Shown: positions 56,114 to 63,346 of the stretch, in pieces | How positions within the stretch are numbered: position 1 is the stretch's first letter | How the letters are laid out: each line of letters starts with the position of its first letter | Origin: Desulfovibrio sp. UBA6079 | GTDB lineage: Bacteria > Desulfobacterota > Desulfovibrionia > Desulfovibrionales > Desulfovibrionaceae | Assembly: GCA_002428705.1 (NCBI GenBank) | Contig: DIXN01000001.1 | Coordinates: 15,030 to 79,029 of the forward strand | Reading direction: 5' to 3' | DNA length: 64,000 bases | The notes under the pieces: model-generated | Databases searched by the model: none | What the model was told of the DNA's origin: nothing | What the model saw: only the letters and a program-made list of their open reading frames with translations | Made by a program: the position numbers and the translations under genes

Positions 56114-58111
56114 TCATCTCTTGAGAAAACCGGCAAACGCCGCAACGAGAATGGATGTCAGGACCCAGCCGGCGAGGATGTGGACCATGAGATACCAGCG
56201 GAGGTGCCAACCTAATCGGGTGTTGGCATTTGGCATCCAGTAGCTTTGCTGGTTGAAATCGACAAGAGGCAGAAAAGTGTCCATGGAATACAAAATAGCA
56301 TTGAAAGGGGGATAGTCGTCGGCCATTATGTGACGCAGGCTGCTGTCAGCCTGATGCTCATTCCGGAATGATTCCGTTCCTGGTGTTGGCTTTATCTTCG
56401 CATATACATCGGCTGCATAAATATAATACGCGACCGAATTTGTCATGGCTCCATCTTGATCCCCCCAGGCAAAGAATAATGCACCAAGTGAAACTGCGGC
56501 AATCATGTACCAAATGACACGCCATGGTTTATATCCGTAGCCAGTCACCCATTTTATGAGCCACAGCCAAAAACGACTTACCCAATGAAGCTGGGGTAGC
56601 TTCCCTTCGTACTTTAATCCTTGATTTAATGCTTCAAAATACGCAAACGTCTCCACTTCTGGTGCAGATATGAATTTCCTCATGAACCGCCATCGCTTTG
56701 ACTCTAGATTTGATTTACCATCTAGATAATAACGGAGCTTGTCGTTCTTTGCGATGAGCACTTCTTTAGCGGCCTGTTCATGGCCGGATTGTGATAGTAC
56801 CTTTGCAAGTTGCTCATATGGTTGAGGATGGAATTGATCGTCAGGTTGGCGGTCAAGCCATTTGAGACGTTCATTGATAACCAGCGACGATTCATCGGAT
56901 ATGGCTTCATAAGTAAAGCCATCGAGTAGAAGTTTTCCTTTTCTAGGCCAATCTGTGTCGTCGTATAGTGTTCGGATTGTCGCATGCCTAAGGTCAAGGC
57001 TCGCAAGTTCGTTCCATGTAACACCATTCATCGCTATACCACCACCAATCTCAGCTAACTGAAATGTTGCCACACCTTGTAGACTGAAACCGCGCAGAAA
57101 TACACTGCCGTTTACTTTAATTCTTTCAGCGCCTAATGCATGCCAATTATTATTGCGATATATGCCGTTTGAGCAATCAAAAGCGCCACCAATAACTGCA
57201 CCGAGGAAGCAAACTTCGCCATTTGAAGTGAATCCATTATTTAAAAAAACTCCACCGCCAACTTTTATTCCGTCTGCATTAAGAGTATATTTTTTACTTT
57301 TACGAAATATACCATTTGAACAGTCGAGAGTGTTCCGAATGTCAGCTCCCAATAAACGCACATCACCTTTTGCACTACATCCATTTCTTAGGAAAACATT
57401 CCTTTTTACCTTCACTCCGTCTGCGTTCAAGGCATATCCTTTTTTATTACGAAACGTACCCTGCGAACAATCGAAATTTCCACCGATACTCGCACCAACA
57501 AATCGAGTTTCGCCCTTTGCTTTGAAGCCGCCACTTAACATCACGCATCCTCTGACATTGATGCCATCACAACTCAGTGCATAACCTTTGTCTTTGTTGT
57601 CAAATTTTCCTTTTATACAATCGAAATCTGCGCCGACCTCAGCGCCATGAAAATGCACGTTGCCTTTTGCGCTGAAATTATTCCTCAAAAACACACTCTT
57701 TTTAACACATACACGATCAGCTATCACAGAGCCAGTATGAGCACCTGTAAAGTTGATCATCCCAAACGATGCATCCTGGAGACTAATGCCATCTGGCACA
57801 TAGCAAAGCAACAATCCAAAACGCCACGGCCAATCCACGGTTGAAAGATCGAGAATGCCATTTATCCTCGCCCCAAGAATGTTCAAACCCTGCTGCAGTG
57901 AGCGACGCCTGGCGCGTTTATCTGTCATTAGCCATACGAGGCGGTCGGCTTTGATAACCGGAAGGTCGGCCTTCGAGAGATCGGTGCCTTCGCCTGGCAC
58001 CGAAACCACGGCAAGCTCCCCCTCCTCCGTGGCCTCAAATAGCTTTACCTCCGCTTCACTCAGCTCCCCGAACTTCTCCCTCGCCAGTTCCAGCAGGCTT
58101 TTCGGCGGCAT
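56114..58111 (-). CDS. tandem-repeat (beta-helix-like) protein with C-terminal multi-TM domain, in an AT-rich island
   Basis: 665 aa. About five ~48-aa tandem repeats of the form GA-x-[IV]-G-x-x-[FL]-DC-x-x-G-x-[FY]-[RD]-x...[YH]-[AT]-L-x-[ACG]-[DE]-[GR]-I/V-x-V-x-x-x-V-[FM]-L-x-x-G-[FC]-x-x-x-G. These are followed by the conserved LLLDGFTYEAI...RLKWLDRQP...FHPQPYEQLAKVL block and 3-4 TM segments. Hand-counted lines at 57241 and 56701 give 18/60 and 23/60 G+C. Confidence 0.7.
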   Translation of the reverse strand: MPPKSLLELAREKFGELSEAEVKLFEATEEGELAVVSVPGEGTDLSKADLPVIKADRLVWLMTDKRARRRSLQQGLNILGARINGILDLSTVDWPWRFGLLLCYVPDGISLQDASFGMINFTGAHTGSVIADRVCVKKSVFLRNNFSAKGNVHFHGAEVGADFDCIKGKFDNKDKGYALSCDGINVRGCVMLSGGFKAKGETRFVGASIGGNFDCSQGTFRNKKGYALNADGVKVKRNVFLRNGCSAKGDVRLLGADIRNTLDCSNGIFRKSKKYTLNADGIKVGGGVFLNNGFTSNGEVCFLGAVIGGAFDCSNGIYRNNNWHALGAERIKVNGSVFLRGFSLQGVATFQLAEIGGGIAMNGVTWNELASLDLRHATIRTLYDDTDWPRKGKLLLDGFTYEAISDESSLVINERLKWLDRQPDDQFHPQPYEQLAKVLSQSGHEQAAKEVLIAKNDKLRYYLDGKSNLESKRWRFMRKFISAPEVETFAYFEALNQGLKYEGKLPQLHWVSRFWLWLIKWVTGYGYKPWRVIWYMIAAVSLGALFFAWGDQDGAMTNSVAYYIYAADVYAKIKPTPGTESFRNEHQADSSLRHIMADDYPPFNAILYSMDTFLPLVDFNQQSYWMPNANTRLGWHLRWYLMVHILAGWVLTSILVAAFAGFLKR

Positions 58112-58113
58112 GG

Positions 58114-58141
58114 GGTCCTCCCGGATCGTATCCGGAGGACC
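58114..58141 (-). promoter_or_regulatory. hairpin sequestering the Shine-Dalgarno sequence of the island gene
   Basis: The mRNA sense strand reads GGTCCTCCGGAT-ACG-ATCCGGGAGGACC-CC-ATG. This is a 12-bp stem with one bulged C. The GGGAGG SD sequence is paired with CCTCC. Confidence 0.4.
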
Positions 58142-58356
58142 TTATGCGCTGCGAAACGGGATTACAAGGCGGGCGCAAGGGCATAGGCGGAGGGTTATGG
58201 CGACGGGGCGGAGCGGTCGGTTCGCGGCGCTGGGGCAACCGGGTTCTGGAAATCCCGGCGGCACCTCCCCGGTCCCCATCCGGTTGTCTTCGGCCCGGTT
58301 ATTCCCTAGACTGACCCCGCGAGTTCGGAATTTCACATTCGCGCTGCGAGGTTGCC

Positions 58357-59745
58357 ATGGAGCATTCCGGGGCGAGCGACCCCTTCTCGGACATCGAAGC
58401 CAAGATCCTGGACAACATTCCCATCGGCATCATCTGCTGCGATACGGACTGCGTGGTCCGCTACCTGAACGCCACCTACGCCGGCTACCTGGGCATGGAG
58501 AAGAGGGAGGCCGTCGGCCGGAAGATCACCGAGCTCATCCCCCACTCCCGCGCGGACCTGGTGCTGAAGACCGAAGTGGCCGAGTACGGCGAGAAGTGCA
58601 CCATCCGGCGCGGCGGCGAGGAGTACACGCTGATCGTCAACCGCATCCCCCTGCCCGGCGACGACGGCCGGCTGATCGGCTTTCTGTCCCAGACCCTGTT
58701 CGGCGCGCCCGAGGAGCTGCAACGGCTCTCGGACAAGATCGTGCAGCTGGACCGCAAGGTCGGCTTCTACCGCCGGCGCTATCACAGCGCCTTGTCGGCC
58801 ATCCACTCCGCGGACAACATCCTGGGCCAGAGCACGGCCATCCGCCGGGTCAAGGAGCATCTCCTGCGCTACGCGGCCACGGACTCCCCGGTCCTGCTCC
58901 TGGGCGCCACGGGCACGGGCAAGGAGCTTTTCGCCAGCGCCGTGCACAAGGCCAGCAACCGTGCCGGCGGCCCGTTCGTGAGCATCAACTGCGGGGCCAT
59001 CCCGCAGGAGCTGTTCGAGTCCGAATTCTTCGGCTACCTGTCGGGAGCCTTCACCGGGGCGAGCAAGGAGGGCCGGGTCGGGCACATCGAGCTGGCCGAC
59101 CAGGGCACGCTCTTTCTGGACGAGATCGGGGACATGCCCATGCAGGCCCAGGTGAAGCTTTTGCGGGTCATCGAGGACAAGACCGTGTTCCGCATCGGCT
59201 CCACCCGGCCGAACAAGGTCGATTTCCGCATCGTGGCCGCCACCAACCTGGACCCCCAGACCCTCATCCGCGCCGGCAAGTTCCGCGAGGACCTCTACTA
59301 CCGCATCAGCACCATGGTCCTGTCCATCCCGCCGCTGGCCGAGCGCAAGGAGGACATCCCGCTGCTCATCGGGCACATCCTGGAGCAGATCGACCGCAAG
59401 CAGGTGCGCTTCTCGGACGGGTGCATGGACGTGCTCATGCGCTACTCCTGGCCCGGCAACATCCGCGAGCTGCGCAACATGGTCACCCGGCTGGCCAGCC
59501 TGTGCCACGACGACATGGTGGACGTGGGCGACCTGTCCCCGGACATCATCACCGGCATCGACGGCTGCCGGCGGACAAGCGACCGCTCGGCCCTGAGCAA
59601 CATCCTGGAGGGCAGCGAGCAGAGCCTCATCCTGAACGCCCTGCGCGACAACGACTGGAACATGGTGCGCACGGCCAAGGCCCTGGGCATCGCCCGGGCC
59701 ACCCTGTACGAGAAGCTCAAGAAATACCGCATCAGCCGCAACTGA
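58357..59745 (+). CDS. sigma-54-dependent transcriptional activator with N-terminal PAS domain
   Basis: PAS-like N-terminus (ILDNIPIGIICCDTDCVVRYLN). AAA+ Walker A GATGTGKE, GAFTGA loop (YLSGAFTGA), Walker B LFLDEIGD. C-terminal HTH (NMVRTAKALGIARATLYEKLKKY). Confidence 0.88.
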   Translation: MEHSGASDPFSDIEAKILDNIPIGIICCDTDCVVRYLNATYAGYLGMEKREAVGRKITELIPHSRADLVLKTEVAEYGEKCTIRRGGEEYTLIVNRIPLPGDDGRLIGFLSQTLFGAPEELQRLSDKIVQLDRKVGFYRRRYHSALSAIHSADNILGQSTAIRRVKEHLLRYAATDSPVLLLGATGTGKELFASAVHKASNRAGGPFVSINCGAIPQELFESEFFGYLSGAFTGASKEGRVGHIELADQGTLFLDEIGDMPMQAQVKLLRVIEDKTVFRIGSTRPNKVDFRIVAATNLDPQTLIRAGKFREDLYYRISTMVLSIPPLAERKEDIPLLIGHILEQIDRKQVRFSDGCMDVLMRYSWPGNIRELRNMVTRLASLCHDDMVDVGDLSPDIITGIDGCRRTSDRSALSNILEGSEQSLILNALRDNDWNMVRTAKALGIARATLYEKLKKYRISRN

Positions 59746-59779
59746 GCCGGCGCGCCCCCCCGGCGCGCCGACGTCTCGT

Positions 59780-59819
59780 CCGCCCGGACTGCCGCGCAGG
59801 AGTCCGGGCGGTCGTTTTT
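59780..59819 (+). terminator. rho-independent terminator after the activator gene
   Basis: CCGCCCGGACT-GCCGCGCAGG-AGTCCGGGCGG followed by TCGTTTTT. Confidence 0.7.
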
Positions 59820-59877
59820 CCTCGGCTTCGCCCCCGCCCGGGGGCGGACAATCTCGTGCGGAAAATCCCAAGAAAAG

Positions 59878-59921
59878 TGTCCGGACCTCCGGACATGTCC
59901 GGACGCGCCTGCTGTCCGGCT
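59878..59921. promoter_or_regulatory. cluster of TGTCCGGAC-type palindromic motifs (candidate upstream activator sites)
   Basis: TGTCCGGAC 59878..59886, CTCCGGACA 59887..59895, TGTCCGGAC 59896..59904 and TGTCCGGCT 59913..59921. They lie 140-180 bp upstream of the -24/-12 element. An AT-rich stretch at 59979..60030 lies in between. Confidence 0.35.
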
Positions 59922-60057
59922 GAACACCACCCCGGACGACACGGCCCGCAACGGCCCCGGGCCGGGGACCGGCTCCGGAAAATAAGCTCAATTATTTCAT
60001 AGTATTGAATTGTATTTTCGGATGAATGCTGCGCTTTCGCTCCAGGCTCGGCCGTCT

Positions 60058-60073
60058 TGGCACGTACCTTGCG
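60058..60073 (+). promoter_or_regulatory. sigma-54 (-24/-12) promoter
   Basis: TGGCAC-GTACC-TTGCG matches TGGCAC-N5-TTGCW exactly at the conserved GG and GC positions and their spacing. It lies 53 nt upstream of ATG 60126 and directly downstream of a sigma-54 activator gene. Confidence 0.75.
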
Positions 60074-60125
60074 AAAAAAGGCACAATTGTGGCCCAGGCC
60101 GCACAACCAAACCGGAGCGCTTGCC

Positions 60126-61856
60126 ATGAAACAGAAGATGACCCCCAGCGAAGCACTGGTCGAAACCCTGGTGGCGGAAGGCGTGCAGAACGTTTTCGGC
60201 ATCGTCGGCTCGGCCTTCATGGACTTCCTCGATCTCTTCCCCGCGGCGGGCATCCGCTTCATTCCCGTGGCCCACGAGCAGGCCGCGGCCCACGCCGCCG
60301 ACGGCCTGGCCCGGGTGACCGGCAAGCCCCAGTGCTGCATCGCCCAGAACGGCCCCGGCGCGGCCAACTTCATCTCGGCCGTGACCGCCGCCTACTGGGC
60401 GCATTCGCCGGTGGTCGCCCTGACCCCGGAGACCGGAAGCAAGGGCATCGGCACCGGCGGCTTCCAGGAGATCGACCAGATGCCCTTCTTCCAGGCGAGC
60501 ACCCGGTTCCAGGTGCGCGTGAACCGCCCGGACCGCATGGCCGAGCTGGCCCGGCGCTGCTTCTCCATCGCCAAGGCCGAGAACGGCCCCACCCAGCTGA
60601 ACATCCCCCGCGACTTCTTCTACGGCGTGTGCGAGGACGAGATCTACACCACGCCCGAGGTGCAGCGCGGCCCCGGCCCCCGTGCCCAGGTCGCCCGGGC
60701 CGCCGAGATGCTGGCCAAAGCCGCCTACCCGGTCATCCTGGCCGGCGGCGGCGTGTCCCAGGCCCTGGCCCACGCAGAGGCCAAGGCCCTGGCCGAATAC
60801 CTGAGCGCACCGGTGGCCAGCAGCTACCTGCACAACGACTCCTTCCCCGCGGACCACCCCCTGGCCGTGGGCCCCATCGGCTACTGCGGCTCCAAGGCGG
60901 CCATGCGCACCCTGGCCAAGGCCGACCTGATCCTGGCCCTGGGCTGCCGCCTGGGACCTTTCGGCACCCTGCCGCAGTACGACATGGACTACTTCCCCAA
61001 GGATGCGGCCATCATCCAGGTGGACGTGGACCATCGCGTGCTGGGCCTCAGCCGCCGCGTGGACCTAGCCGTGTGCGGCGACTGCAGGGAGTTCGCCGCC
61101 GAGCTGCTGCAGGCCCTGAAAGCCAAGAACGGCGCGCGCGAGCCGGACGCCGCCCGCCTGGCCGAGGTGAAAATGGAGAAGGCCGCCTGGGACGAGGAGC
61201 TCGCCAAGTGGTCCTCGTCCGCGGCCAAGCTCATGCATCCGCGCCGCTTCCTGAAGGAGCTGTCCGCGGCCATCCCCAAAGGCTCGATCGTCTGCACCGA
61301 CATCGGCAACAACTGCTCCATGGCCAACAGCTACCTGCGCTTCGACGGGCCGCGCCAGCACGTCTCGGCCCTGTCCTGGGGCAACTGCGGCTTCGCCTAC
61401 GGCGCGGCCCTGGGCTGCAAGGTCGGCCGCCCGGACAAGCCGGTCTTCGCCCTCCAGGGCGACGGCGCCTACGGCATCAGCGGCCTGTCCGAGGTCATGA
61501 CCGCGGTGCGCGAGAACCTGCCGGTCATCGCCGTGGTCTTCCAGAACTACGAATGGGGCGCGGAGAAGAAGAACCAGATCGACTACTACGACAACCGCTT
61601 CATCGGCGCCAACCTGCGCGAGAACCCGAGCTACGCCCAGCTGGCCAAGGACATGGGCGCCGAGGGCTACCGGGTGGAGGACTGGCGGACCGTGCGCGAC
61701 GTGGTCCGCGCGGCCGTGGCCTCGGGCCGGCCCGCGGTCATCGAGGCGGTCATCGAGGGCGGCAGGAACGTGCTGGCCGAGCCCTTCCGCCGCGACGCCC
61801 TGCAGATGCCGGTGCGCTACCTGGAGAAGTACGCGCATCTCAACGCCAAAGCCTGA
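60126..61856 (+). CDS. ThDP-dependent enzyme, sulfoacetaldehyde acetyltransferase (Xsc)-like
   Basis: 576 aa from ATG 60126 (GGAG 9 nt upstream). The N-terminal MTPSEALVETLVAEGVQNVFGIVGSAFMDFLDLFPAAGIRFIPVAHEQ...IAQNGPGAANFISAVTAAYWAHSPVVALTPE...GTGGFQEIDQMPFF...QLNIPRDFF parallels Xsc sequences as I remember them. The ThDP motif is LQGDGAYGISG...VVFQN. The acetolactate-synthase-like family cannot be excluded by eye. Confidence 0.6.
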   Translation: MKQKMTPSEALVETLVAEGVQNVFGIVGSAFMDFLDLFPAAGIRFIPVAHEQAAAHAADGLARVTGKPQCCIAQNGPGAANFISAVTAAYWAHSPVVALTPETGSKGIGTGGFQEIDQMPFFQASTRFQVRVNRPDRMAELARRCFSIAKAENGPTQLNIPRDFFYGVCEDEIYTTPEVQRGPGPRAQVARAAEMLAKAAYPVILAGGGVSQALAHAEAKALAEYLSAPVASSYLHNDSFPADHPLAVGPIGYCGSKAAMRTLAKADLILALGCRLGPFGTLPQYDMDYFPKDAAIIQVDVDHRVLGLSRRVDLAVCGDCREFAAELLQALKAKNGAREPDAARLAEVKMEKAAWDEELAKWSSSAAKLMHPRRFLKELSAAIPKGSIVCTDIGNNCSMANSYLRFDGPRQHVSALSWGNCGFAYGAALGCKVGRPDKPVFALQGDGAYGISGLSEVMTAVRENLPVIAVVFQNYEWGAEKKNQIDYYDNRFIGANLRENPSYAQLAKDMGAEGYRVEDWRTVRDVVRAAVASGRPAVIEAVIEGGRNVLAEPFRRDALQMPVRYLEKYAHLNAKA

Positions 61857-61926
61857 TGCCCGAGCCGCTCCGGCCTTCCACCCCGAGCGCCGCATCGGAA
61901 TCGATACCCCAAGGAGCATGCACATC

Positions 61927-63327
61927 ATGAACAGAGTGGACGAACTGCTCGCCAAGGCGAAAGAGGCCCAGGCCAAGGTGGCCGACTACACCCAGGAACG
62001 GATCAACGAGGTCTGCGTGGCCGTGGGCTGGCAGCTCTACAAGGACGACAACATCGAGAAGCTCGCCCGGCTGGCCGTGGACGAGACCGGCTACGGCAAC
62101 TACGAGAGCAAGATCGTGAAGCACAAGCGTAAGGTCAGCGGCCCGCTCCAGGACATCCTGGACCCCGCGGCGGTCTCCGTGGGCCTGATCGAGCGCGACG
62201 AGGCCAAGGGCATCAGCAAGTACGCCAAGCCCGTGGGCATCGTCTGCGCCATCCTGCCGGCCACCAACCCCACGGCCACGGCCGGGACCAACGGCATCTC
62301 CATCCTCAAGGGCCGCAACGCGGTCATCTTCCGGCCCAGCTCGCGCGCCCGCAAGGCCAGCTCCCTGGCCATCGAGTACATGCGCCAGGGCCTTGCGGCG
62401 GTTGGTGCGCCGGTCGATCTGGTGCAGTGCTTCGACGACGCGGACATCCCCGCGACCAACGAGCTCATGGCCAAGTGCGACCTGGTGGTGGCCACGGGCG
62501 GCGGCCCCATGGTCCGCGCGGCCTACTCCTCGGGCACGCCCTCCTACGGCGTGGGCACTGGCAACGCGACCTGCATCATCGCCGAGGACGCCGACGTGCC
62601 CGACGCCGTGGCCAAGATCACGGCCTCCAACACCTTCGACAACGCCACCTCCTGCTCCTCGGAGAACTCGGTCATCGTCCACGAGAGCCTCTTTGCGCAG
62701 GTGGTGGAGGAGTTCCGGAAGAACAACGGCTACATCGTGGACGGCGAGGAGCGCACGAAGCTCGGCAACTGGCTGTGGACCGCCAACAAGAAGGGCAAGC
62801 TGGCCCTGAACCCCGACATCATCGCCCAGTCCGCGCGCAAGATCGCCGCCGATGCCGGGCTCAGCGTGCCCGAGGCGACCACGCAGCTGGTGGTCATCGG
62901 CGTGGAGCCGGCGCCCCTGGACAAGTTCTCGGAAGAGAAAATCAGCCCGGTCATCACCCTCTACAGGTACGCGACCTTCGACGAGGCCCTGGAGAAGATC
63001 GTCGGTATAACAAACAATTGCGGCCGGGGCCATTCCATGGGTATCCATACCTTCAAGCGCGAGTACATCGAGCGCATGGGGCGCGAGATGCTCACCAGCC
63101 GCATCACCGTGCGCGCGCCCATGGCCGCGGCCAACGGCGGCCACGCCACCAACGGCATGCCCTCCACCGCGACGCTCGGATGCGGCACCTGGGGCGGGAA
63201 CTCGACCACCGAGAACATCCACTGGCGCCACTTCATCAACGTCACCTGGGTCAACGAGCCCATCCCGGCCAAGGTCTTCGACGAAAAGCAGATCTTCGGC
63301 GGCCTGTGGGCCAAATGCGGCAAGTAG
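61927..63327 (+). CDS. CoA-acylating aldehyde dehydrogenase (SucD/SauS-like)
   Basis: 466 aa from ATG 61927 (AAGGAG 10 nt upstream; ATG 61918 is an alternative). PVGIVCAILPATNPTAT, and the catalytic Cys context FDNATSCSSENSVIV. Size and layout match the acylating succinate-semialdehyde / sulfoacetaldehyde dehydrogenase class. Confidence 0.7.
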   Translation: MNRVDELLAKAKEAQAKVADYTQERINEVCVAVGWQLYKDDNIEKLARLAVDETGYGNYESKIVKHKRKVSGPLQDILDPAAVSVGLIERDEAKGISKYAKPVGIVCAILPATNPTATAGTNGISILKGRNAVIFRPSSRARKASSLAIEYMRQGLAAVGAPVDLVQCFDDADIPATNELMAKCDLVVATGGGPMVRAAYSSGTPSYGVGTGNATCIIAEDADVPDAVAKITASNTFDNATSCSSENSVIVHESLFAQVVEEFRKNNGYIVDGEERTKLGNWLWTANKKGKLALNPDIIAQSARKIAADAGLSVPEATTQLVVIGVEPAPLDKFSEEKISPVITLYRYATFDEALEKIVGITNNCGRGHSMGIHTFKREYIERMGREMLTSRITVRAPMAAANGGHATNGMPSTATLGCGTWGGNSTTENIHWRHFINVTWVNEPIPAKVFDEKQIFGGLWAKCGK

Positions 63328-63346
63328 CGCCAAAAGGAGTCACGAG

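Noticed and set aside
55995-56243. 82-aa ORF starting with TTG
   Set aside because: It begins inside tRNA-Ala and reads through the tRNA and its terminator, so it is an artefact.
56056-58356. Integrative element with an att site at tRNA-Ala
   Set aside because: The window contains no integrase or excisionase gene. I found no direct repeat of the tRNA 3' end at the far border of the AT-rich block. I therefore report it only as a compositional island.
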